A stretch of DNA of 64,000 nt from Candidatus Parcubacteria bacterium (GCA_963814275.1 CAWFCE010000002.1:362537-426536), one strand, 5' to 3'. Counted from the first letter of the stretch, positions 7,970 to 16,894 are shown. Program-made: numbers and translations. The notes: a model not told the origin generated them from the sequence alone.

Positions 7970-9847
7970 TTATTGTATCGGCGCCGCCTCGCTTGTTGTG
8001 GAGGCGGTATTTTTGTTGTCTGTCGGCAAAGTTTCCACGCCGACCAGGCAGACTTCCTGCCAGGGGACATAGTGAGATTTGAAGCGGGTTTCGTCGATCT
8101 TGCCGTCCGCGTAAGTGACAGTGTAATCGAAATATGCATCGGCGCCGTTGTGGGCATGCTCGGTGCATTTTTTTTCGCCAGGAGCCAGGTCTGTCGTTTC
8201 GATTATTTTGGTCGGTCCGGGTTTGGCTATGTTATAGATAGTCGGTGCTGTATGGGTGGCTATCCGTCCGTCTTTGGTGCCCCAAAAATCGAAATACAGA
8301 TCATCACCGTCAATCCGCGACTGGAGCAGGATATAATTGCCGGTGTCGTTCAGGAATTTGAAGTCCGGCCAGGGGTCGTAAATAGTGGCATCGGTGCCGG
8401 CCGGTTCGTAATAGGAAACGCGGTAGGAATGGTTACGGCGCATGGTTACAGGTAATCCGGACTCGAATGTGCCGCGGAACATGGTGGTGCCGATCTGGCA
8501 AAGTCCGCCGCCGTATTCCGGTATGGTTTTGCCCTCTTTGATCACTAATTCGGGCAGGTAGCCGGTTTCCTTGTTGATATCGCCCAGCACTTTAAGAAGC
8601 GAAAATTCTTCGTCGGGCGCGATCAAAGTGCCATTGACGGACGCGGCACCAACCGCGATATTGTGGCGCCGGTTCTGGGGCGAACCGCTGAAACTGGAGT
8701 GGCCGGTGCCGATAAGCTCATCTATTCCGAAGTTTTCGATATTTTCCGGCTGAACCTCGCTTTTGATCTCATCTACGGCCAGATTTACGGTAGAACTGGC
8801 CCTGATAACCAGCGATTCTTCGATAATAGCGGAAGACTTCGCTAGCGACAATTTGCGGCCGTCATGGCTGGCCTGGAATTCGGCAACTTTGCCGTCTTTT
8901 ATCTCGAATTTGCCGTTCACCGGGTCTTCGTTGACCGAAGAGGCGATTTCACGGTCAAGGTAGCCAATGATCTTTTCCCGGTCAAGGCCTACTTGTATGC
9001 GCTCGGGGTCAGACTTGTCGAGGCCGCGTTTAAGCAGTAACCAATCAGCCAAAGCCGGTTTGTCGATTTTCCAGGTATCATTTCCGTCGCGAAGCATAAG
9101 CGGCGCCCGTGCCAGTATCGTCTGCGCCTGGGAGTCGACATTGAGCGCATCCCGGGAATAGATATCGGGATAATCCAGGGTGGCAATCAGTTCGACCTTG
9201 GCATTATTAAGGCGGTTGATGCGTCCGGATAGATCGCGCAAGGCCCGGGCATAGTCGAGAGTCTGTCCGTATGTTTCTTCTTCGACGCTAAATATATATG
9301 GAGACCAAGTCTTGTCCTGGGTATAGGCCAATCTGGCGTTTTGCGCGGGTGTATCGAAATGCCCGAAGTTATTTTTTAGGAATTGGTATACATCCTCCTG
9401 GTTTATCGACGCGTGTAGCGCCAACTGCTGCGGGTTGAGCCAGGCAGCGGCCAGGCGGTAGAGACGGGCGGGTACGGAACCGGCGCGCCCATAGCGATAG
9501 GCGTCCATGACCGTGTTGTCGATGTCGAAAATTATCGTCTCTTTCGCGATATCGCCCTCCAATGTGGCGGTCAGCGGATAAAAAGTAGCGTCTTCGTTAT
9601 GGTAGTGGAAGACGATTCCTTGTCCGCGAAGCGTGTCTACCCGCTTATTAAGCTCAAGCTTGGCTTGCTCCTGGGTCAAGCCGCTCAAACTGAGCGAGCC
9701 GACCGATAAGCCGGGATAGATCCGCTGGTGGTAGCGCCGGCTGAAAATCGCCAGACCGGCCAAAGGCAGAAGGACCACGATTAAAAAAATGGCCGCAGAC
9801 AAGGCGAGCCACTTTAGGGGATATTTTTTTCGTTCATGTTCGCTCAT
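7970..9847 (-). CDS. VanW-domain protein with N-terminal TM anchor
   Basis: GGGLCQIGTTMFRGTFESGLPVTMRRNHSYRVSYYEPAGTDATIY is the VanW core. The N-terminus has the TM helix LALSAAIFLIVVLLPLAGLAIF. Confidence 0.85.
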   Translation of the reverse strand: MSEHERKKYPLKWLALSAAIFLIVVLLPLAGLAIFSRRYHQRIYPGLSVGSLSLSGLTQEQAKLELNKRVDTLRGQGIVFHYHNEDATFYPLTATLEGDIAKETIIFDIDNTVMDAYRYGRAGSVPARLYRLAAAWLNPQQLALHASINQEDVYQFLKNNFGHFDTPAQNARLAYTQDKTWSPYIFSVEEETYGQTLDYARALRDLSGRINRLNNAKVELIATLDYPDIYSRDALNVDSQAQTILARAPLMLRDGNDTWKIDKPALADWLLLKRGLDKSDPERIQVGLDREKIIGYLDREIASSVNEDPVNGKFEIKDGKVAEFQASHDGRKLSLAKSSAIIEESLVIRASSTVNLAVDEIKSEVQPENIENFGIDELIGTGHSSFSGSPQNRRHNIAVGAASVNGTLIAPDEEFSLLKVLGDINKETGYLPELVIKEGKTIPEYGGGLCQIGTTMFRGTFESGLPVTMRRNHSYRVSYYEPAGTDATIYDPWPDFKFLNDTGNYILLQSRIDGDDLYFDFWGTKDGRIATHTAPTIYNIAKPGPTKIIETTDLAPGEKKCTEHAHNGADAYFDYTVTYADGKIDETRFKSHYVPWQEVCLVGVETLPTDNKNTASTTSEAAPIQ

Positions 9848-9856
9848 GTTTTTGGA

Positions 9857-10081
9857 TTAAGAGCCGTCCTGGGGATGGAGTATTTCGTTAAGAATTTCCT
9901 TGGCCAGGCGCTTCTTGTCGTCTGTCTGTTTCAGGTTATCGGTTATTTCTATGGCCAAAGAAAGTCCTTCCTTGGCGGTATCTGGCAGCTTATTTTTCGG
10001 CCAGATGACAACATCCTGATCTTCGGTTATCAGCACGGCTTTATCCTCCTCGAAACGATCAATGATAGCGGAAATGCGCAT
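9857..10081 (-). CDS. DUF3006-like small protein
   Basis: The pattern AIIDRFEEDKAVLITEDQDVVIWPKNKLPDTAKEG fits the family. It is tightly spaced with the VanW gene. Confidence 0.55.
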   Translation of the reverse strand: MRISAIIDRFEEDKAVLITEDQDVVIWPKNKLPDTAKEGLSLAIEITDNLKQTDDKKRLAKEILNEILHPQDGS

Positions 10082-10119
10082 AGTTATAATCCCGTCCGTT
10101 TATCGGCCGGACGGCGATA

Positions 10120-10725
10120 TTATTTTTCTTTAACTTTGATCTGGATCTGCTGGGCGTTCTTGGCCTTAGGAAGGGTAACGGTCAGGACGCCGTTTTCCAG
10201 CGTCGCGTCGACCTTGTCGGATTCGATCTCGACCGGCAGGATGATGGAGCGGGAAAATGAGCCCCAATAGCATTCCCGGAAAAGATAATCCTCGTCCCTG
10301 ACTTCCGCGGTCCGTTCCCGCTTGCCGCGGATGGTCAGCATATCATTATTTATGGAAATATCAATATCTTCGGGCTTGACCCCGGCGATGGTCGATTTGA
10401 CCACGATCGCTTTGGGCGACTGGAAGACATCGATCGAGAGCTGCCCCTCTTCGAATTCTTCGGTCGGCCATTCATCCTCTATTTCTTTTTCCGGTCTTAC
10501 TTCGTCCGCGTCAGAAGTTTCTTCCTCTTCCGTTTCTTCGTCCGTAATTTCCCCATCGTCCGTTGTTTCCTCTTCCGTTTCTTCTTCATATTCTTCCTCT
10601 TCTGTTTCCGCTTCCGAATCAGCATCGTAATATTCCTCTTCCGTTTCGTTTTCACGCAAATTGATGGTTTTCCGCCGGTCCAGGCCGGACAGTCTCTTTA
10701 GGATTGATTTCATAGGGATTCTCAT
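10120..10725 (-). CDS. Hsp20/alpha-crystallin small heat-shock protein with a long acidic N-terminal extension
   Basis: The ACD region reads LSIDVFQSPKAIVVKSTIAGVKPEDIDISINNDMLTIRGKRE...GSFSRSIILPVEIESDKVDATLENGVLTVTLPK. It is preceded by a run of about 70 aa rich in E/T/D. Confidence 0.9.
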   Translation of the reverse strand: MRIPMKSILKRLSGLDRRKTINLRENETEEEYYDADSEAETEEEEYEEETEEETTDDGEITDEETEEEETSDADEVRPEKEIEDEWPTEEFEEGQLSIDVFQSPKAIVVKSTIAGVKPEDIDISINNDMLTIRGKRERTAEVRDEDYLFRECYWGSFSRSIILPVEIESDKVDATLENGVLTVTLPKAKNAQQIQIKVKEK

Positions 10726-10913
10726 TAAATTATAGGTAAGTTTGTGCCTATATTATACGATATATGTTTGATTTTTTCAAATACAATTTACTTTAACAAT
10801 TTAGCATAATCAACCGATATATGTAAAGCGGTATTATCCAGGCCATGGCATTTGTTAACACGATTTTTACTTATCAGGCGTATAATATGAGTTTTTTAGG
10901 TAAATTAATCAAA

Positions 10914-10936
10914 CTAAAAGCCAGCTTTTAGCTGGC
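10914..10936 (-). terminator. intrinsic terminator of the tRNA pair
   Basis: On the minus strand the sequence reads GCCAGCT-AAA-AGCTGGC followed by TTTTAG, immediately 3' of tRNA-Val. Confidence 0.6.
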
Positions 10937-10942
10937 CAATTG

Positions 10943-11016
<74 letters not shown>

Positions 11017-11020
11017 GGAT

Positions 11021-11099
11021 TTAACAGTTAACAATTGACAATTAACAGTTAACATAATATTAAAGTGTTAATAGTCAATTGTCAATTGTTAACTGTCAG
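11021..11099. repeat. 33-bp imperfect inverted repeat filling the tRNA-tRNA spacer
   Basis: TTAACAGTTAACAATTGACAATTAACAGTTAAC (11021-11053) pairs with GTTAATAGTCAATTGTCAATTGTTAACTGTCAG (11067-11099) at 28 of 33 positions. The words are the same as in the 23S-5S spacer hairpin. Confidence 0.8.
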
Positions 11100-11103
11100 A
11101 CTG

Positions 11104-11176
11104 TGGGCCTGGATGGATTCGAACCATCGACATCCACGTTATAAGCGTGGCGCTCTAACCGCTGAGCTACAGGCCC
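11104..11176 (-). tRNA. tRNA-Ile (anticodon UAU)
   Basis: The cloverleaf has acceptor GGGCCTG/CAGGCCC, anticodon stem CCACG/CGTGG, loop CTTATAA (anticodon TAT), T-loop TTCGAAT, and discriminator A. CCA is not encoded. Confidence 0.85.
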
Positions 11177-11271
11177 ATATCGATTTTCGATTTAAGATTT
11201 TCGATTTTCGAATTTTCCACTCGACTTTAGTCGAAGGTTCGGGCAGATTTATCTGCGTTCAGATAATTATA

Positions 11272-11373
11272 CCAGGCTAAAGCCTGGCGGACCTTCGGCT
11301 GAAGCCAAGTGGAAGCCTGGCGGACCTTCGGCCCTGCCTGCCGGCAGGCAGGTAAAGCCAAGTGGAAGCCTGG
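11272..11373. repeat. GC-rich cluster of direct repeats and palindromes
   Basis: Contains the hairpin CCAGGCTAAAGCCTGG (11272-11287), AGCCTGGCGGACCTTCGGC twice (11281 and 11314), AAGCCAAGTGGAAGCCTGG twice (11302 and 11355), and the perfect 20-nt palindrome CCTGCCTGCCGGCAGGCAGG (11333-11352). Confidence 0.8.
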
Positions 11374-11514
11374 AAGCAATCAGCAAAAGGCGAGTGAAAT
11401 ATATTTTTGTTTAAGGATTTATGAAGGAGATGTGTTGGTTTCAAACAAAAAAAGGACATTCATCCTTAGCCATACTTTAACATTTTCGCAACTAATTTTC
11501 AAGGATAATATTCC

Positions 11515-12669
11515 CTACATCGGCAGCTTGGCGATTTGTTCTTTGACAGCGGCAATTATCTCCTTCTCCGCTTCGTGGATCGGTTTGTTCACCTCGATCG
11601 CTGCCAATTGTTTGGTGCCTTCCGGGTTAAAGGCCTTTACGACCTCCAGCGAACTAATGGCGCGAGTAGAGTAAACCAGCGCTTTGGTTAACTTCTCGCC
11701 CGTATCGGGCTTGTTGATCTCGTATATCAAGAGGATGATTTTGGCCTGGGGGATATTGACCATCAGTTCGTCGATCACTTCCGGCAGGTCGTCTTCGGCA
11801 GTATCGGTTTTGGCGAAATCAACGTCGGTCAGAACCGACCAGATTACTTTATTGTCCAAATCGCTCATCAAACGGGCAAGGACCCGGCCCCAGAGCTTGA
11901 GGACATTCAGGGAGCGGCTGCGGAACAGCCGGTTGACGATCTCTTCGCGGCGGCCGCCCATCGCCACCAATTGAGAAGAGATCGAAAGGGCCTGGGGCGT
12001 GATGTTCTGAGTCTTGAAGCTTTTGGTCTTCGAGATTATACCGGCCAGGAGGCAGGTGGCAATGTCTTCACCGATCAAATCGCGGTTGAAGCCAGCAAAA
12101 AGGTTGAAGAGGATCTCACTGGTAGCGATAGCGGTCAGTTCGACATAATTGATCTGCCCGAAGGCCTCATTATTGGAATGGTGGTCAATATTAATAGTCG
12201 GGACTTGATAGAAAAATTCGTTGTCGCTTTCATAAATTGCACCCAGCGATTCCAGGTCGGGCGTATCGACGGCAATGATCAGGTCGTATTTGAATTCGCC
12301 GGAATGAGTCTTGACGTCGTCGCTCGTGAAAAAGCCTTCTTTCGGCGCGATAATAAAATTGAGGGTGTTATCCTCAATTTTGTATTTGATCTGGCCGACT
12401 TTGGCATTGCTGATGTCGACGGAGACGATGAATTTGCGCAGGTTGTCGAGCGCATTCTGGATCTTGCCGAATTCGGGCAGGAAGCTCAGGGCGCCGGCTT
12501 TGTCCTGCTTTTCCGCGATAATATCCACTTTCTTATCCATTTTCTTTAGGAACAAATAAAGCGCCAGGGCGGAAGCGACCGCGTCGCCGTCCCAGGTCCT
12601 GGTAAAAGTGATCAAAATATTATTCGCTTTGCTGATCTGTTCGAAGATTTGCTGTTCTTGATTAAGCAT
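11515..12669 (-). CDS. DHH/DHHA1-family phosphoesterase (NrnA-like) with C-terminal extension
   Basis: Contains DGDAVASALALYLFL, IAVDTPDLESLG, NIDHHSNNEAFG and GIISKTKSFKT..ITPQAL, which are DHH and DHHA1 motifs. Confidence 0.85.
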   Translation of the reverse strand: MLNQEQQIFEQISKANNILITFTRTWDGDAVASALALYLFLKKMDKKVDIIAEKQDKAGALSFLPEFGKIQNALDNLRKFIVSVDISNAKVGQIKYKIEDNTLNFIIAPKEGFFTSDDVKTHSGEFKYDLIIAVDTPDLESLGAIYESDNEFFYQVPTINIDHHSNNEAFGQINYVELTAIATSEILFNLFAGFNRDLIGEDIATCLLAGIISKTKSFKTQNITPQALSISSQLVAMGGRREEIVNRLFRSRSLNVLKLWGRVLARLMSDLDNKVIWSVLTDVDFAKTDTAEDDLPEVIDELMVNIPQAKIILLIYEINKPDTGEKLTKALVYSTRAISSLEVVKAFNPEGTKQLAAIEVNKPIHEAEKEIIAAVKEQIAKLPM

Positions 12670-12734
12670 ATTTGATGGGTGTATGGATTTACCTATTAAA
12701 TCGTTAGAGAGGTTTCGTGAGTTTTAAGCGGTTT

Positions 12735-12857
12735 CACCGCAGATTTTACGCTGATAACTACGCGGATTTGTCGCTGAGAATTTTTATAGTCACGAACTAT
12801 ATAAAAAAATAAAATTCAGCGTTAATTCAGCGTACTAATCAGCGACTGATCAGCGGC
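12735..12857. repeat. two inverted arrays of 11-nt-phased words
   Basis: Array 12735-12779 reads CACCGCAGATT|TTACGCTGATA|ACTACGCGGATT|TGTCGCTGAGA. Array 12814-12857 reads ATTCAGCGTTA|ATTCAGCGTAC|TAATCAGCGAC|TGATCAGCGGC. TCAGCG is the reverse complement of CGCTGA. Confidence 0.7.
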
Positions 12858-13152
12858 AAAACGATTAAAATATTGCATTAACTAGTATATACAATAAATA
12901 TCTTAAAAAGTACACCCATTAATGATCTTAAATAAAAATACCCAGCAGTCCTTGATTATAGGGTCGAAGCCGGGCCAAATATTAGCGTTTTTAGCTTCAT
13001 TACAATATATATTAAATATCATTCGGTGTCAATAGTGGTTTTATGTTATAATTATGGCTAAAAATAGATAAAAACTTGCAAAAATTAGCGAAAAGTGTTA
13101 TGTTTATGGCAGCAATAATGATTACTTGGTAAAAATTTAAAATTTATAGAAA

Positions 13153-13192
13153 TAAAAAAACCCCGGCTTCCTGTGAAAGGATATAGCCGGGG
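13153..13192 (-). terminator. intrinsic terminator
   Basis: On the minus strand, the hairpin CCCCGGCT..AGCCGGGG is followed by TTTTTTT, about 40 nt after the stop of the 13232-13798 ORF. Confidence 0.75.
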
Positions 13193-13231
13193 TCGGTCCG
13201 CGGTAGCGAGTCGCGGGTTGTTTGTTTGGGA

Positions 13232-13798
13232 TTAGCCAGCCCTTTCAATAAAGGGCCGGTAAAGAGAGAAAGAATTGTTAAGTTGCGCCGCCATAACAAG
13301 ACTTAAACGGCGGACATTCGGATGCTTTTTTCTCCTCTCGTCCTTGTAGCGGTCCGAACCTCGTTTGCGTCCCACCTTATATCTTTCTAATTTATCCATT
13401 TTTTGAAAATGGATGTCTTCTGTGGGATCATCTAACGGGTTTAAATAAAATGATGATTCTTTAAAGACAGGGCGGAGAAGATTGATTTTCGGATGATTGA
13501 TTTTGGGGGAATTGCTGTTGGTTTCGTAAGTTTCAGTGGCGGGAAAATAAACGATTTTCCGGGTGTTGCCATTCGGTGAAACATTGTTGGCTCTTGCGGA
13601 ATTGTCCGGGCGCCAGATTCTTATTGGGTTTCTCCGATTTTTGGAAAATTTGGCGGTTTCTCCCAATTTTGCCAGGGGGGTTTCCGGCGTTGTTTGTTTT
13701 TCCCGGCGGGAAATTCCAAGTACGTGGCCGATTAACCAATTCTCCATTGCCGCATAACATGAATATACGCTAGCCGATTTTTGTAATGATCTCCTCAC
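13232..13798 (-). CDS. hypothetical basic protein (188 aa)
   Basis: The SD AAGGAGG lies 7 nt before the GTG start, and a terminator lies downstream. No recognisable family. The overlapping ORFs in the track are judged spurious. Confidence 0.45.
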   Translation of the reverse strand: MRRSLQKSASVYSCYAAMENWLIGHVLGISRREKQTTPETPLAKLGETAKFSKNRRNPIRIWRPDNSARANNVSPNGNTRKIVYFPATETYETNSNSPKINHPKINLLRPVFKESSFYLNPLDDPTEDIHFQKMDKLERYKVGRKRGSDRYKDERRKKHPNVRRLSLVMAAQLNNSFSLYRPFIERAG

Positions 13799-13894
13799 TT
13801 GTATACCTCCTTTTAGTTAGTTGATAGTTGATTGATTATTATAGATTAAAATTAAAAAATATATAACTTTTGAATATATCATATAATTAATATT

Positions 13895-14971
13895 TTGTCA
13901 AGTATGTGGGAAGCTATTTTACCTAATTATCCAATTTTTTACAAAGAAATATTGGGAAACTCCCTGGGGTCATGGATCCAAGCTGGGGTGATTTTCCTCC
14001 TGGTATTAGGAGGCCTTAAGCTGTTCCAAACAGTTATAATTTCCCGCCTTAAGGCGGTATTCGAGAAAACCAAGAACGATATCGACGATATCGTTATCAA
14101 CGCGATCGATTCGATCTATTGGCCGTTCTATGTTTTCGCCTCTCTCTATATCGCGCTCCAATTCCTTTCCGTCCCCGGTATAGTCGGGCGCTGGGCTTAT
14201 TATGTCTTCATGGCGGCCGTGGTATATTACGCGATCAAGTTCGTGACCAGATTGATCGATTACGGCGCCGGGTTCATCATCGCGGAGAAGGATAGCGGCC
14301 AGGATGCCGGCATCGTCAAAGTATTGAGCGTCGTGGCCAAGGTCGTGCTTTGGTCCGGCGCCCTGGTCCTGGTCCTGGCCAATATGGGCTACAATGTCAC
14401 TTCGCTTATTACCGGCCTGGGGATCGGCGGGATCGCGGTCGGCCTGGCGCTCCAGAATATATTGGGTGACCTGTTCTCGTCTTTGGTGATATATTTCGAT
14501 AAGCCTTTCCGGCCAGGCGATTTTATCATTGTCGGTTCCGATATGGGTACGGTTAAAAAAGTCGGGATCAAGACTACCCGCATCCAGGCCCTGCAGGGCG
14601 AGGAGATAGTGATGAGCAATTCCGACCTGACCGGCTCGCGGGTGCAGAATTTCGGCAAGATGGAGCGGCGGCGCGTCGTCTTCTCGATCGGCGTGACCTA
14701 CAACACACCGGCAGCTAAGCTCGAGAAGATACCGGCTATGGTTCGGCAGGCGGTCACTGCCCAGCCGCGGACCGAAGTGGACCGGGTGCATTTCAAAGAA
14801 TTCGGCGACAGTGCTATGATATATGAGATCGTATATTTCGTGGATTCGCCGGAGATGTCAGACTATCTCGATATCCAGCAGGCGGTAAATTTATCGCTTG
14901 TCAAGCAGTTTGAAGCGGAGCGTATCGAGTTTGCCTTCCCGACGCGGACAGTATACGTGAAGAAAGATTGA
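13895..14971 (+). CDS. MscS-family mechanosensitive channel
   Basis: LQNILGDLFSSLVIYFDKPFRPGDFIIVGSDMGTVKKVGIKTTRIQALQGEEIVMSNSDL is the MscS core, preceded by multiple TM helices. The start may instead be ATG 13904. Confidence 0.9.
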   Translation: MSSMWEAILPNYPIFYKEILGNSLGSWIQAGVIFLLVLGGLKLFQTVIISRLKAVFEKTKNDIDDIVINAIDSIYWPFYVFASLYIALQFLSVPGIVGRWAYYVFMAAVVYYAIKFVTRLIDYGAGFIIAEKDSGQDAGIVKVLSVVAKVVLWSGALVLVLANMGYNVTSLITGLGIGGIAVGLALQNILGDLFSSLVIYFDKPFRPGDFIIVGSDMGTVKKVGIKTTRIQALQGEEIVMSNSDLTGSRVQNFGKMERRRVVFSIGVTYNTPAAKLEKIPAMVRQAVTAQPRTEVDRVHFKEFGDSAMIYEIVYFVDSPEMSDYLDIQQAVNLSLVKQFEAERIEFAFPTRTVYVKKD

Positions 14972-15065
14972 TTATTTCCATAAATTTAATTAGATTTACT
15001 ATGTTGGTTAAATTGCTTGGTTTTTAAGAATATTTTGCGGGTACCAATAAGACATTTTTAACTTT

Positions 15066-15370
15066 GTCATTGCGAGCCCATACGCTGCGAGGCGAAGCAA
15101 TCCAAATTACCCTGTCATTGCGAGCGACCGTAAACACATCTTAGCTCCTGAAGTTGCGACAAAGATCTAATTGGTATATTTTTCGATCATGGAGTCGCGA
15201 AGCAATCCCGTGCCACAGTACACTTAGCGTTTATAAAAGATGGGTAAAAAAGGTTGGCTCCTCGCGCTCCGGGATTGCTTCGCGACTTCTTCTTCGAGGA
15301 AAAATATACCGAATTTCGTTATGCATAGTCGCGGGTTGTAAAAGTATATTTCTGTCGCTCGCAATGACAG
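15066..15370. mobile_element. MITE-like nested inverted-repeat element (GTCATTGCGAGC / CGAAGCAATCC words)
   Basis: The outer IR is a perfect 17 bp: CTGTCATTGCGAGCGAC (15112-15128) against GTCGCTCGCAATGACAG (15354-15370). The inner IR pairs 15173-15209 with 15271-15310. An extra GTCATTGCGAGC copy sits at 15066. No coding capacity was recognised. Confidence 0.55.
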
Positions 15371-15417
15371 TAAACTCGCTTAACCCGCAAAATTTTTTAA
15401 GAACGAATTGTCAATTT

Positions 15418-16740
15418 ATGGGATTTGAAAATTTTAAACCGAATAATGAGCCGATAGGAAGCGAATCAGAACCGGGAAATAAACCAGAAGAGGAGCCAGG
15501 GGATAAGCCAAAAGATGAATTGAAAAAGGGCGGGGAGGGTATGACGCGGCGGGCGGCTCTGGGAGTGATCGGCGGGATTGTCGCAAGTCTGGCCAAGGGC
15601 AAGCCGTTAGAGGCGGCCGATAAGATGTCGGCTTATGACACTGAAAAAGATAAAGCGGCCGAGGGGTATGATTATCATAAAGATCCGAAAGCACTGAAAG
15701 AAATACAAGCTATCAAGGACGATATTAATTACCGGGAAGGCAGGAGCGAGCCGGAAACGGGGAGGGAAGCAGTTAAATCGTCTGTATCGGAACACCGGGA
15801 AGCGCCGCAGCCCGGCCATATTGTGGACAAAATGAAGAAGTGGGCCGAGAAATGGAAGCGCGACAAGAAAAGCGAGGAGATCAGGAAGATCAAGCCGCAG
15901 GAAAACATGGATCCGCACGCGATTGCCAGGGAAATGCTGCGCCTTTTCGACACCGATGAATTGAAGCGCTTTTTTCCGGGCGAAATTTTTACGAGCGATT
16001 TTTTCATCGCTCAGACCTTCCAGGAGTCGCGCGGCGACAAGAACGCGGTTTCCGCCACCGGCGCCAAAGGCGTACTGCAGAATTTTCCCGGTTCGGTGAT
16101 TGACGCGGTCGAATATCTTGACGCCATGCGGCGGGAGGGGCTGATACCGTACCACGGACCCAGCCGGATCAAATCCAAAACCCAGGCGAAAAAGATAATT
16201 GATTATTTCCAGGAGAACGTCAATTACGGCCGGGCCGCCGGCAAGATCTACGAGCAGGCGATCTTCAATCCGGTTTACAAATACAATAGCGGTTTGAATA
16301 AAAACGCCTTCCGGGGCAAGTCGAACAGGGAGATCCAGCGCATGATCCTGGTGTCTTACCATGATGGACCGGGCGCCAGGTATAAAAGCGACGAACAATT
16401 GATTGCGGCCGCTAAGGCCAGGGCGAAAAAAACAGGCAGGAAGTTTCGCATTGAGGATTCGGCTGTCTATTATTATAAAAAAATATTCGGCTATATGGAC
16501 CAGGCGGATTTTGTCCGCCGGACATATCGGAAAAACGGCTTTAAAATAAAATACGAGGATACGGCTGCCGACCAGATGCTCCATGTCTTCGAGCGTTATC
16601 TGAAGAGCGATAAAAAAGACGAGGCAAGAGCCCTGACGGAAAAATTCATGAAAATGCTAAAAGATAAAATAGAGGAGCTTGGGCGGGACTTGAGCCGCGG
16701 CGAGATCATGGATGTATTCCGGCTGTATATTAAAAATTAA
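15418..16740 (+). CDS. secreted lytic transglycosylase (SLT-domain) protein
   Basis: AQTFQESRGDKNAVSATGAKGVLQ is an SLT catalytic motif. A signal-like MTRRAALGVIGGIVASLA is present. The track ORF starts at 15154, but its first ~88 codons are the repeat element, so a start at ATG 15418 (or 15541) is preferred. Confidence 0.7.
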   Translation: MGFENFKPNNEPIGSESEPGNKPEEEPGDKPKDELKKGGEGMTRRAALGVIGGIVASLAKGKPLEAADKMSAYDTEKDKAAEGYDYHKDPKALKEIQAIKDDINYREGRSEPETGREAVKSSVSEHREAPQPGHIVDKMKKWAEKWKRDKKSEEIRKIKPQENMDPHAIAREMLRLFDTDELKRFFPGEIFTSDFFIAQTFQESRGDKNAVSATGAKGVLQNFPGSVIDAVEYLDAMRREGLIPYHGPSRIKSKTQAKKIIDYFQENVNYGRAAGKIYEQAIFNPVYKYNSGLNKNAFRGKSNREIQRMILVSYHDGPGARYKSDEQLIAAAKARAKKTGRKFRIEDSAVYYYKKIFGYMDQADFVRRTYRKNGFKIKYEDTAADQMLHVFERYLKSDKKDEARALTEKFMKMLKDKIEELGRDLSRGEIMDVFRLYIKN

Positions 16741-16894
16741 GTTAACTGGACCGAAGAGTTGGAAATATGTATGAACGAGCTTGGCAAACCCTGAAGACAT
16801 ATTCAATTGTGATATATAAGGGGCAAAGAAGTTCTTTGGCATAAACTAATACTATTTTTACCGCGTTAAAACCGTGCAGGAAAGGAGATTCAAG

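Noticed and set aside
15154-15417. An N-terminal 88-codon extension of the SLT protein, and likewise 57087-57131 for Hsp20, 18212-18262 for YceI, 49689-49796 for anchored protein 2, 42884-42907, and 17032-17289.
   Set aside because: These stretches are made of inverted or word-repeat DNA or overlap the upstream gene. Internal ATGs with signal peptides or better context give more sensible proteins.
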